Shown in pieces: positions 50,196 to 59,749 of a DNA stretch of 64,000 bases. Numbering within the stretch: the stretch's first letter is position 1; each line of letters begins with the position of its first letter. Made by a program: the position numbers and the translations under genes. Location of the stretch: contig JBBDOX010000016.1 in assembly GCA_040876835.1 (NCBI GenBank), positions 98,875-162,874 on the forward strand, written 5' to 3'. The notes below the pieces were generated by a model that worked only from the letters and a program-made list of their open reading frames with translations, did not search any database and had not been told where the DNA came from. The DNA is from Candidatus Anderseniibacteriota bacterium. Lineage in GTDB: Bacteria; Patescibacteriota; Andersenbacteria; UBA10190.

Positions 50196-51730
50196 CCCAC
50201 CCCACTATTGAAGTTGAGCGTATAAACGCTCAGCAAAAGAAGATTATTCGCCTCCTTGCTGTCACCACCCTCCTCGTTGTCGCCGTTTTCGGCCCACGCC
50301 TATACCAGCTGGGATCGGTTTTAACAATTGATGAACCCCTGTGGGTAGACCGCGGCAAGAACTTCTTTCAGGCTATTAGCACTTTTCATTTTGCCAATAC
50401 TTTTCCACACACACAGCCTGGAGTTACAACAGCCTGGCTGACTGGTATTGGATCTATCTTTAATAGTCTCGCCGCCGCCCAGGCCGGAATAGCCATGGCT
50501 TCTGGTGCGCTAGTACTTAGCGCCACTTACTTTGCCGTGCTGCTATTCGGCAGACGCTATGGCCTGTTGTTCGGCTTACTTTTGGCCCTTGATCCTTTCC
50601 TAATCGCTCATGGGCGTGTTGCCCACACAGACTCCCTGCTAGCACTTTCCCTTCTTAACGCGACTTTCACTCTTCTGGTGGCCGGATACGCTCGAACTTC
50701 CGCCCTGCGAAAACAAGCTCGCTACTACGTATATTCCGGGGTTTTCTGTGGCCTGGGGGTGCTAACCAAAATTTTCGCTTTCGCTTTCTGGCCCCTGGCT
50801 TTTGTGTTAATTGCTATCCCTCTTTTTCAAAGTAAGCAGTGGCGGTTGATTCTAACACGTTACGTGCTCTGGCTAGGGATTACGGTGTTGACGATCTACA
50901 CCTTGTGGCCGGCTCTTTGGCTGGATGCCGGGGGAGTTGTTTTGCGTATGATGAATGAAATTGCCCCGTTTGCTGAAGGTACTCGGGAGCAGGAAGTGAC
51001 GAATCAGTGGTGGTTCTATTTTCGTGAAACACTCGTTCGCATCACTCCCATTACCAGCATCTTTGGAATAGTTGGATTGATTACCGCGATTAAAAATGTT
51101 AAGGAGCGTCAGAATCAGGCTATCCTCTTGCTGCTGGCAACAGCGATTATATACGCTGTCATTTTAAGTCTCCGCGGAGAAAAAAGTGATCGCTACATCC
51201 TCTTCAGTATGATTTCCTTCATTGGAGTTGCCACCCTTGGGGTGCAGGCGACCATTGGCTGGTTACGCCGCGAATGGCATGGTCGGGAGAAAGTGCTTTT
51301 TACAGTTATAACCACCATTTGTATCTTGTTTCTCACAGTGCAATCAGGTAGGCTCCACCCGCATCAGCTGGCCTATTATAACCAGTTTTACCCATTCAAG
51401 CAGTACCAGAAGATTGGCTGGGGCGAAGGACTCGAGGAGGCAGCTATCTGGGTGAATGAAAACCATCCTGACTGGCCAATTAGCACCTTTTATCCTCGCG
51501 TCTTTGAGCATTTCTACGAGGGCAAGGCAAGTGTTCAGTCGACCGAGCACGAGCCCAACACTAAGCCCTCTCTTCTCATTCTCTACCGCTCTATGCTCGA
51601 ACGCGGCCCTGACACTCCTGAAACTGACATCTTGAATAACTATTTGTTTGCTGGCGTGGAGCCACTCCATGTGGTCACCATCAACAACCTACCATACGTG
51701 TGGATTTACGAACGCATTCCGGGTAAGTAG
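50192..51730 (+). CDS. GT-C-fold glycosyltransferase, ArnT/PMT_2-like (paralog B)
   Basis: 512 aa. 'TIDEPLW', 'QPGVTTAWL', 'ALDPFLIAHGRVAHTDSLL', 'QKIGWGEGLEEAAIWVNENHP'. Confidence 0.5.
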   Translation: MTHPTIEVERINAQQKKIIRLLAVTTLLVVAVFGPRLYQLGSVLTIDEPLWVDRGKNFFQAISTFHFANTFPHTQPGVTTAWLTGIGSIFNSLAAAQAGIAMASGALVLSATYFAVLLFGRRYGLLFGLLLALDPFLIAHGRVAHTDSLLALSLLNATFTLLVAGYARTSALRKQARYYVYSGVFCGLGVLTKIFAFAFWPLAFVLIAIPLFQSKQWRLILTRYVLWLGITVLTIYTLWPALWLDAGGVVLRMMNEIAPFAEGTREQEVTNQWWFYFRETLVRITPITSIFGIVGLITAIKNVKERQNQAILLLLATAIIYAVILSLRGEKSDRYILFSMISFIGVATLGVQATIGWLRREWHGREKVLFTVITTICILFLTVQSGRLHPHQLAYYNQFYPFKQYQKIGWGEGLEEAAIWVNENHPDWPISTFYPRVFEHFYEGKASVQSTEHEPNTKPSLLILYRSMLERGPDTPETDILNNYLFAGVEPLHVVTINNLPYVWIYERIPGK

Positions 51731-51733
51731 GTT

Positions 51734-54112
51734 CTATCGACGTCGATGCAGAATGTAGTCATCGTCCGTCTGAGCCGCGTTCAGCGTAAACACCGGTTCA
51801 AACCTGCTCGCTAAAATTTCCTGTCGCTGAGAATACCCATTGAAATATACTTCGTTAGTTCGGCGATCCGTGAGAACAAAGTTAACCTGCGAATCCAGAA
51901 ATTCTGTAATATTCTCCGGATCCTGGAAATATACTTTTCGTAATTCCGTAGACACTTCCCCTTCCGCCTCGTACAGATACCAGCCTGAATGGCTGTATGA
52001 GAACATAATTTCTCGGTCTGCGAGAGCGGTAAATGCCGACTGCGCTGTAAAAATGGGTTCATTCTCCGGAACAAATCGCTGAATTGCCTGGGATACTTGA
52101 GCAATTTCATCATGCTCAATATCGCCTGCGTGAGGATACTTAAGCGCCAGGTTCCAGCTCAGCAAATACGATAGAGAAACAAGCCACAACAGGCTGAAAT
52201 ATGCCAACATTCGCCCCGGTGTCCGGGTTGCGTTGCGTACAACCCGGACAAATCCGGTAAGGCTCATAGCGGCCATAATAGTAAGTGGTGGCAGGAATTC
52301 CACCAAGTAGTTCTGCACGAAATTTCCCCACGAGCCATACAAGAGAATCAGCAATCCAACCCAGATCCCCCAAAACGCTATCCATCGGGTTTCATAATCA
52401 TTGTTCTCCTGATCGCCTAGGATTCGCAGTACCAGAGCGACAATGTAGACAACGACCGTAGCCAGAGAAGTTGCAATAATGATAAGCGGGGAGCCTGTGG
52501 GCAGTAGATACGCCATGTCGTGCGCGTGCCAGAAGAACATAAACACTCCAGCAGACCAGATAATTAGCACAATGCGGCGAGTCCACGCATTGCGATAATG
52601 CACAGTAAATAAAGGAATAAGAAGCACTCCGAGAATCAGCCAGGGAGAGCTTTTCCAGAGAACTCGAGCATTTTCAGCGATAGAACGAAGAATGGGTTCT
52701 TCGGTATGCTCAGATGCTACAGCCTGTCGCTCGCCAGCAATAGTGAGAGCTTCAATGTTAAACAAAATAGCGGTTTTAGTTTGTCCTATCGTGCCAAGAG
52801 AAGCGAAGACTATACCCGCGGTTATAACGAGTCCAGAGATGACATACGTCGCAACATTGCGCCAGCTGCGGTTAAAGAGCAGCAGGTACAACAACCCCAT
52901 AAAAATTCCCACGGCACTGCTGGCCCGGGTTAAATACGCAATAACCATCAGAGCACCAGCAAGCGCGATATAATACTGATTCTTCTTACTACTCCCTGTG
53001 GCCAGCGCGGCTAGACCGCCGACGACAAACATTGTGCTAACTACCTGCAAGAGGAGAGGTGTTGTCAAAACAACTGCTGCGGGCGATAGAGCTAGCAAAG
53101 CCGCAGTGATTCCGCGTAACAATGGGGTTACTCGGTTGCGTCTCAGAAACACATCAAACAGTAGGATCACCGCACTCCAGGCGATGGCCGATAGTGTCCG
53201 CAGCCACAGTATGGAATCAGGAACAATGATCTGCCACATCTTGAGGAGGTAAATGTATACCGGCCCCTTCGTCAAGAAATCCGCAATTGGCACGTTATGG
53301 ACATTTGTCTGAACAGCATCCTGCAGATATGCGCCCTCATCGTTATTTAACGGAAAAATGTTAGCGCTCCAGAAGTGAAACAGCAGTGCCAGTAAGGCAC
53401 TAATGTACACCACTCTTCGGACACGCACCGCAGGCCTTCGAACCAGTCGATATACCGCCATTAGGGCAAGAGCTACAAAGAATCCTTGAACAAAGTACCG
53501 GCCACCAGCCAAATTTAACCAGACCTGCTCAGGATCAACATGGGTCCAGGGACGCGTGGATATAAAATTAAGAATCCGAGCCTGGCTTCCATTCATACTA
53601 AAAGCATAGTTTCCGCTGATGACAACTGCTTTTACGTATGCATCCCCCTGAATGTATGCGTTATCATCAATCTCCCGATATACCACCACCGTCTTATCGG
53701 CATTGTGGGGGGCCTCCAGTATCCAGGTTAGCTTACGATTTCCATGCAGAGGCTCAAAAGAAAACTTTGCTTCTCCCGACTGTGGTGCGAACATCGGTAT
53801 TACCCGTAGGTCCTCGCCATCCAATCCCTCTCGGATATGCAGCAGAATCGGCCCACTATCTTCTACTAGAATCTCTAAGGGAATGGTCAAAGACTTCAGT
53901 CCAGGAACAGCGATAAAGGACTGTCCCACAGTCCGTGTATCTCCAAAGCTGATTCCGGCTTTTTGATTCGGCGCAGCTGGGATCGTATGGGAAACCGGGA
54001 TAGGGGAAAACAGGTACGTCAGCCCCAATCCGATTAGAATAGTTAACACTAACAACCGGGAATGGCGCTGGAGATATCTGGTGATTAATAATAGTCTGGC
54101 AGCGGTTTTCAT
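51734..54112 (-). CDS. Large GT-C-like membrane protein (792 aa): N-terminal anchor, about 200-aa external domain, then a PMT_2/ArnT-like core with a DE motif
   Basis: 'LNNDEGAYLQDAV', then multi-TM, then a C-terminal hydrophilic domain. Confidence 0.45.
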   Translation of the reverse strand: MKTAARLLLITRYLQRHSRLLVLTILIGLGLTYLFSPIPVSHTIPAAPNQKAGISFGDTRTVGQSFIAVPGLKSLTIPLEILVEDSGPILLHIREGLDGEDLRVIPMFAPQSGEAKFSFEPLHGNRKLTWILEAPHNADKTVVVYREIDDNAYIQGDAYVKAVVISGNYAFSMNGSQARILNFISTRPWTHVDPEQVWLNLAGGRYFVQGFFVALALMAVYRLVRRPAVRVRRVVYISALLALLFHFWSANIFPLNNDEGAYLQDAVQTNVHNVPIADFLTKGPVYIYLLKMWQIIVPDSILWLRTLSAIAWSAVILLFDVFLRRNRVTPLLRGITAALLALSPAAVVLTTPLLLQVVSTMFVVGGLAALATGSSKKNQYYIALAGALMVIAYLTRASSAVGIFMGLLYLLLFNRSWRNVATYVISGLVITAGIVFASLGTIGQTKTAILFNIEALTIAGERQAVASEHTEEPILRSIAENARVLWKSSPWLILGVLLIPLFTVHYRNAWTRRIVLIIWSAGVFMFFWHAHDMAYLLPTGSPLIIIATSLATVVVYIVALVLRILGDQENNDYETRWIAFWGIWVGLLILLYGSWGNFVQNYLVEFLPPLTIMAAMSLTGFVRVVRNATRTPGRMLAYFSLLWLVSLSYLLSWNLALKYPHAGDIEHDEIAQVSQAIQRFVPENEPIFTAQSAFTALADREIMFSYSHSGWYLYEAEGEVSTELRKVYFQDPENITEFLDSQVNFVLTDRRTNEVYFNGYSQRQEILASRFEPVFTLNAAQTDDDYILHRRR

Positions 54113-54140
54113 ATAGCCAGCATACTAGCCTTCGGCTGCT

Positions 54141-54221
54141 TGGCAAAATATGAATGGCCGCTGGTCGCTTTTTAAAAATCTGATAGACTTAATTTCGTGC
54201 AACAGCTGGCAAAATATGAAT
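54141..54221. repeat. Direct repeat 'tggcaaaatatgaat' x2 (54141-54155 and 54207-54221; extended flanks are near-identical), spaced 66 bp
   Basis: Read directly from the sequence. Copy 2 overlaps the start of CDS 54197-54724. Copy 1 lies in the divergent intergenic region. Confidence 0.8.
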
Positions 54222-54724
54222 ATTTAGTAATCGGAGCTTTAGGAATTTTGGCTCTACTAATTATTATTCCTGCTGTCTTTAAGGCCCGAATAGCCGTTCG
54301 AGATGATTTGCGTATGCAGGATATGGCTATTCTCAAACAGGCCGTCGAACAATACAACAATACGCATGATTTTTATGTCACCCCTCCAACCACTACTTCT
54401 CCTTGTACAACATCTATGGAGTTAGACAGCTGGCTATTTGGAAGCAACTCGAGCCTGATCAAGGAGGGGCATATTGATGCTCTACCACACGATGTACGTG
54501 AGTCCACCGATCGGCACTATGTCTACTGTGCTACCGACATTCAGAGTGGGCGCACAACTGGGTATTACCTTGAAGCACACTTGGAACAGCGTCTAGAACC
54601 AGAAATTGGTTTTGATGAGGACGAGAGTCGAAAATTTGACTATCGGATTTTGAATCAGGACGACAAGACTCTGTACCGTGTTTGTGGTGGGACAGAGACA
54701 CAATGCAAACCGCAGGACGCATAA
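54197..54724 (+). CDS. Hypothetical N-terminally anchored small protein (175 aa) with pilin-like architecture (GTG start)
   Basis: An N-terminal hydrophobic helix is followed by an amphipathic segment and a C-terminal Cys pair (VCGGTETQC). There is no canonical prepilin G-F-T-L-I-E site. Confidence 0.35.
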   Translation: MQQLAKYEYLVIGALGILALLIIIPAVFKARIAVRDDLRMQDMAILKQAVEQYNNTHDFYVTPPTTTSPCTTSMELDSWLFGSNSSLIKEGHIDALPHDVRESTDRHYVYCATDIQSGRTTGYYLEAHLEQRLEPEIGFDEDESRKFDYRILNQDDKTLYRVCGGTETQCKPQDA

Positions 54725-56883
54725 CCGGCTTCGTCGGCATAATTATTCTTGGACTGCTTATTCTGAGCAGCTTCGTTCGGCTGCATCCCCGAGCCACCCT
54801 TACGCATACTCCCGATGATAAGCACCTACATCAAGTATTCGGGCGGCACCGTATCACTCAACAGATCGTTGCCCCCACGGACACACTGGCCGGTTTAGAA
54901 CTGTTTGTAGATGAGAACTCACTAACACCCGCGGATGCCCCGCTCTTTCTTCACGTTCGCTTAGCAGGAACGGATGAAGACATTCGCACCGTCAAGCAGT
55001 CTATCGCCAAGACTCAGCATGGCGAGCGCCTTGTGTTTGCCTTTGAACGGATTGAAAATACTCATGACAGGGCATACGAATTCGAGCTCGAAGCTCCTTC
55101 GCTCAATCAGTCCCAAGCGCTCCGTATTCGCTATCAAACTGATGCGAGTAAATATCCGCTTGGTCGGTCATGGTCATCAGATGAGGCAAAGCAAGGCAGC
55201 CTGGGATTCGTTGTGATTGAGGAGCCCTCAGCTCTCGCCATTATCGCTCGATGGATAATCGACTCTGATAATTTCCTTGTATGGCCTTCTATTGCTGCAA
55301 TGATCTTTGGAATACTTGGGTGGCACTACCAGAAAAATGCCGCAAGAGCTGAAACATGGTGGCACGACCGTTGGAATCACGTTCCGCGAAAGCATCTCTT
55401 CTTTTGGTTTCTAGGTATCTTAACCGCTACTTTTTTCCTGTACTGGCCGGCACTGCAGCAGTTTTACTACCACGATGACTTAGCTCTCCTGGCCCGCGGT
55501 ATTCAATTTACCAGTGAGCATCCCTGGGAAATTATTAGCGCCAGGGCATACCTAGAAACGGACCCTTACTCTCAGTTTGCTCTTCCGTTTTGGCGGCCAC
55601 TTTCGGCCGGGATATACCCCCTGGTAACTTTCTTTCTGTTTAAACTCAATAGCGTCGCCGTATTTGCACTCCATCTTCTCCTTACCGGAATTACTGGTGG
55701 CCTTCTCTTCTTGTTAGCACTGCTCTATCTGCAAAAACCGATAGTTAGTGGATTGACGGTCACATTTTGGCTTGCACATTCTTCAAAGGTTGGGGCGCTA
55801 TACTGGTGGAGTTCTTCTCAAGACATTCTTGCCAGCCTCTTAATTCTCACTAGCATACTGCTATATAGCTACTGGCGCTCATATCCTTCTAAGCGCGTTG
55901 TATTGTACGGAGCAATTAGTACAGCAGCTCTGGCAATGCTCTCCAAAGAGCACGCCATTCTAGCTCCCCTCATTATCTGGATCTTTTGTGAATTTCCGCC
56001 TCTTCTTCAGGCCTGGAAGAAAAAATACCTTGTCGCCTCCTTTATACGTATTGCTCCCTTTGTTTTCACAGCGGGTATATATCTTGCCTTACGCACTATT
56101 GCCTTTAGTGATCAAACGTTGCCGGAACTGTTTCGCAACGACACAACCTACGAGATGGCAACGAGCGTGAGCAAAATCGCTCAAAATTTTGTCACTTACG
56201 GTGCCTGGTCAGCTGAGCAATGGATCTGGCCTGAAAATATTTTTAATGGGCTCGATGGCGCTCTTGGAAGCTGGATGTGGGAGATAAAGATTCAGAAACC
56301 GCTGTATCCCGGTATTATTGCGCTCATCGCCCTACTTCTTCTACCCATACTATTCTGGAAAAAAACGAATATTCGAACCAATCTCTTGCTTGGGACTGCA
56401 TGGTGGCTTCTTTTTCTGGGTCCAACGCTTTTTCTTAACCACCAATGGGATGCGCGCTGGTTGTATATGCCTATCTTTGGAGTGGGATTCATCTTGGGTG
56501 TCCTGTTTCTCCTCCTGAAGCCGCAGTTAAGAAATCCACTCGTCATCTTATCTATAGTCGCTCTTCTTGGTTACGGCTTCTGGCAAGCTCGTGACGAAGA
56601 ACATACAAAATTTTCTCGGGAACAAGCAGCGTATAGCCGCGTAGCATTTAATCAATTTAAGGACCAAAAACATGTGCTGAATGCTGACTCCAAAGTAGTG
56701 GTAGTAGGCGTTACTCCTCATCAAACAACCTCGGTCAATGCCTATCTGTTCCGTCTGGCTGGTATGCCAGCCAACACCCCACTTATCCGCACCGATAGGA
56801 TGCCCACAGAATTTTCAGAACATGATATCGTAATTGACATGTCAGATTACGACGCCTTTTACCCTCACTATGATCAGGACTAA
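54682..56883 (+). CDS. Large polytopic membrane protein (733 aa): N-terminal anchor, about 170-aa external domain, then a polytopic core; YfhO/GT-C-like
   Basis: 'WPALQQFYYHDDLALLARG' loop motif. At least 12 hydrophobic segments. Confidence 0.4.
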   Translation: MWWDRDTMQTAGRITGFVGIIILGLLILSSFVRLHPRATLTHTPDDKHLHQVFGRHRITQQIVAPTDTLAGLELFVDENSLTPADAPLFLHVRLAGTDEDIRTVKQSIAKTQHGERLVFAFERIENTHDRAYEFELEAPSLNQSQALRIRYQTDASKYPLGRSWSSDEAKQGSLGFVVIEEPSALAIIARWIIDSDNFLVWPSIAAMIFGILGWHYQKNAARAETWWHDRWNHVPRKHLFFWFLGILTATFFLYWPALQQFYYHDDLALLARGIQFTSEHPWEIISARAYLETDPYSQFALPFWRPLSAGIYPLVTFFLFKLNSVAVFALHLLLTGITGGLLFLLALLYLQKPIVSGLTVTFWLAHSSKVGALYWWSSSQDILASLLILTSILLYSYWRSYPSKRVVLYGAISTAALAMLSKEHAILAPLIIWIFCEFPPLLQAWKKKYLVASFIRIAPFVFTAGIYLALRTIAFSDQTLPELFRNDTTYEMATSVSKIAQNFVTYGAWSAEQWIWPENIFNGLDGALGSWMWEIKIQKPLYPGIIALIALLLLPILFWKKTNIRTNLLLGTAWWLLFLGPTLFLNHQWDARWLYMPIFGVGFILGVLFLLLKPQLRNPLVILSIVALLGYGFWQARDEEHTKFSREQAAYSRVAFNQFKDQKHVLNADSKVVVVGVTPHQTTSVNAYLFRLAGMPANTPLIRTDRMPTEFSEHDIVIDMSDYDAFYPHYDQD

Positions 56884-59749
56884 AGCCATACAACTTCTTC
56901 GCGATAACCGAGTAGGCCTTGCGCTGATCGTTATTGCCTGGATTATATTTTTTAGTCCCATTCTGTCGGGGAAATATGTTTACTTTCTCGATGACTTAAA
57001 AATCATTTACTACCCCTTGGAGTATGAATATGCCCAGGCTCAGGAGAACTGGCAGCTACCTGTGTGGAGTAATACCTTTGGATTTGGGCAACCGCTTATC
57101 GCCTGGGGTCAACTCGGCTTCCTTACCCCCATTCACCTTCTCCTACGGCTTATAGGAATTGCTCCCCTCAATCTTCTACAGGTGTCCGTTGTGTCCTACT
57201 TTTTAGTAGGGCTACTGGGCATGTACACCTTTTTCCGTCAACGCCTCTTTGATCAGCTACCATCAGCCGTGGCTGCTGTTATCTTCGCATTCTCCGGTTT
57301 TGCGATTGGGCATTTGAATCATGTGAACTTTTATACTTCCACCATGCTACTGCCCTGGCTACTGGTGTCAGCATATGCATTACTTCAGAAACCAACCCTG
57401 GGAAGATCTCTTGTTCTTGCCCTAGTTGCCGCTGCCACCACTGTCAGCGGTCAGCCACAGATAGTACTATTTGTCTTTATTGCCGCAGCGGGAGTGAGTC
57501 TGGGACTGCTTATCGAAAAATATGCGCTACAGATTAAAAAGCAAAGAAAACGTATTGCGAAACTAGTATCCTTGACGATCCTGGCCGGCGGCCTGGGCCT
57601 TGTGCTGTCAGCCTTTGCTATTCTCCCTTTGTATGAATTTATTCCGCTTACCGAACGAGCTGAGCCGCTTCCGCCGACAGAGCGTCTGGAATTTAGCTAC
57701 CCGCCCCTCCATGCTGTTACGCTGGTATTACCGTATTTCTTTGGTAATCACGAAAACTACTGGGGGGCTAAGGGCTTTCAGGAACTGGCGGCATTCACGG
57801 GCCTGATCCCGCTATTCCTATCTGGAGCAGCCTTAGTGCGCTGGAAAACTCACAAACCCGAGCGAGTAGTAGGAATACTGTTCATCGCCCTGGCAGTCAT
57901 TATGGCTCTGGGTCGACATTCTTTCCTCTACGCCTACCTGGTCGATCGTCATATTATAACCTCCCTGGGCGTCGCCGGACGATTCGTATTTTTCTTTGAC
58001 CTGGGAATCATGCTGCTGGCCGCGTCCGCGCTTCAGGATCTACAAACTTCAAAGAAGAAGTATGCTTTGCTGGCATGCATAACTGGTCTTCTTTTTACTG
58101 CCGGTATTCTCACCCCCTTCTTCATTTACATGCAGGGCACACCGGATGTCTATACCCGCTTTATTTCTATAGCTTCATCTGCAGACGCTACTTGGATTGC
58201 CGCGCTTCTTGGACTACTGATTATTCCTGCCTACGTCCTTGTGGCATACAGGCAACGATTGGTGAAACCTGTATCGGTGATGATAAGTATCATCGCCACA
58301 GCCACTCTCCTTACATACTCATGGAATTACAATCCGCTTACTTACCGCTCTGCCGCAAACGCTTCAGTTATCTTTGCTGACAACCTCAAACAATACACCA
58401 CCGACAGTGTCACTCCTGCCCGCCTGTACTCTCGTCCCGATCTGATCCAAAATTCCTCTATCACAAAGCATACTGATCCAATTTCTCCTGTCTTTGCTGT
58501 CTACCAGCCGTTTGATATTGAACTAGACAATCTCAGCTGCTTCCGACTGCCTATGCAGTCAGGACCCGAAGCAGTTGGCGAGATTCACCTGGGGTTGCAC
58601 GAAGACCCTCTAGCACAGCCCATTCGCACCCTGACACTTGATAGCGCTGAAGTAGACGCCATATTTGAGGAAAAAGTATGCTTCAATCCGGTTTCAGACA
58701 GTGCCGGTAAACAATACTGGCTCTCAATTACCAGTGATTCCGTCAGTGGAGTAACTCTCTTTTATCAGGACACGGAGCAATCGCAACCTCAAGTATACTT
58801 TGTTCGTAAAGCAGACCCCACAGTCGAGCAATGGCGGCAATCTCAAAAAAACGCGGTGGTAATCGCTGAACCAATCTTCCCCAAACAAATTGACGAGGAA
58901 GCGATTCTTCTAGCCCGTCACTTAAACGTACCTGCCGACAGCTCGAGTGCCCGCTGGATTGGTGCGTTATCTCTGCGTGACTACCGTGCCTTCATCGAAT
59001 TCTTCTTTGCTAATGACAGGGAGCCTATTGACGGAGATGGTCTACATGTTATCCAGCGCTACCGTAATATCCTGAATATGGTTGGAGTTACTCACCTAGC
59101 CCAGATACTCCCCCTCACCAACGAGGACAGCATGTTAAGTAATAACTTCGAGTTAACCGATGAGGTGGCTGTAAGTAACAAGCGCGCCCGCCTATATACC
59201 AATCCACAGGCTTACCCTAAAGCCTTTATGGTAAAAAACGCCGTTTGGAAATCAGCCGCAGACGAGACCCGTGATCGCATGCGTTCATCAGCATTTGATC
59301 CCCAAAAAGTTGTATATATCAGCGGCCCCAGACCCCCGACTGAGCTTGTTAACCAGGACTGGGAGGCAGCTGAAGAGCTGGCCTTAGCCGACACCTCTTC
59401 TCTGACATATACGGCTACTGTTGATCAGTATACCCCCACTCAAGTTGATCTTACCGTTCAAACTGACGAAGACGCCTGGCTGGTGATGACCGACTCCACC
59501 ACTCCGCAATGGCATACAACGATTAACGAGGAGCCCGCTGCACAATATGTTGCGTACTCTGTTTTTAAAGCCGCTTTCATTCCGGCCGGAACCCAGAAAG
59601 TATCCTTCACATATTCCTCCCCGGCAATTGAGTTATCGAAAAACCTAACATTGACGGGCCTAGCTGCCGTTGTCCTTTTATCCGGCCTGACTCTTTATCT
59701 CAGCAAACGCGATTCTTCCTCCGACACCAAGACACCGCCAACTGCATAG
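56870..59749 (+). CDS. YfhO-family-like GT-C membrane glycosyltransferase (about 960 aa)
   Basis: 'FFSPILSGKYVYFLDDLKIIYYPLEYEY' resembles the YfhO N-terminal loop. A polytopic core is followed by a roughly 450-aa C-terminal extracytoplasmic domain. The start is ambiguous between TTG at 56834 and ATG at 56870. Confidence 0.5.
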   Translation: MIRTKAIQLLRDNRVGLALIVIAWIIFFSPILSGKYVYFLDDLKIIYYPLEYEYAQAQENWQLPVWSNTFGFGQPLIAWGQLGFLTPIHLLLRLIGIAPLNLLQVSVVSYFLVGLLGMYTFFRQRLFDQLPSAVAAVIFAFSGFAIGHLNHVNFYTSTMLLPWLLVSAYALLQKPTLGRSLVLALVAAATTVSGQPQIVLFVFIAAAGVSLGLLIEKYALQIKKQRKRIAKLVSLTILAGGLGLVLSAFAILPLYEFIPLTERAEPLPPTERLEFSYPPLHAVTLVLPYFFGNHENYWGAKGFQELAAFTGLIPLFLSGAALVRWKTHKPERVVGILFIALAVIMALGRHSFLYAYLVDRHIITSLGVAGRFVFFFDLGIMLLAASALQDLQTSKKKYALLACITGLLFTAGILTPFFIYMQGTPDVYTRFISIASSADATWIAALLGLLIIPAYVLVAYRQRLVKPVSVMISIIATATLLTYSWNYNPLTYRSAANASVIFADNLKQYTTDSVTPARLYSRPDLIQNSSITKHTDPISPVFAVYQPFDIELDNLSCFRLPMQSGPEAVGEIHLGLHEDPLAQPIRTLTLDSAEVDAIFEEKVCFNPVSDSAGKQYWLSITSDSVSGVTLFYQDTEQSQPQVYFVRKADPTVEQWRQSQKNAVVIAEPIFPKQIDEEAILLARHLNVPADSSSARWIGALSLRDYRAFIEFFFANDREPIDGDGLHVIQRYRNILNMVGVTHLAQILPLTNEDSMLSNNFELTDEVAVSNKRARLYTNPQAYPKAFMVKNAVWKSAADETRDRMRSSAFDPQKVVYISGPRPPTELVNQDWEAAEELALADTSSLTYTATVDQYTPTQVDLTVQTDEDAWLVMTDSTTPQWHTTINEEPAAQYVAYSVFKAAFIPAGTQKVSFTYSSPAIELSKNLTLTGLAAVVLLSGLTLYLSKRDSSSDTKTPPTA

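Noticed and set aside
54197-54724. Calling the 175-aa protein a bona fide type IV pilin
   Set aside because: It has a pilin-like N-terminal helix and a C-terminal Cys loop. It lacks the G|F-T-L-I-E prepilin cleavage and methylation motif (Glu at +5), so it is kept only as 'pilin-like architecture'.
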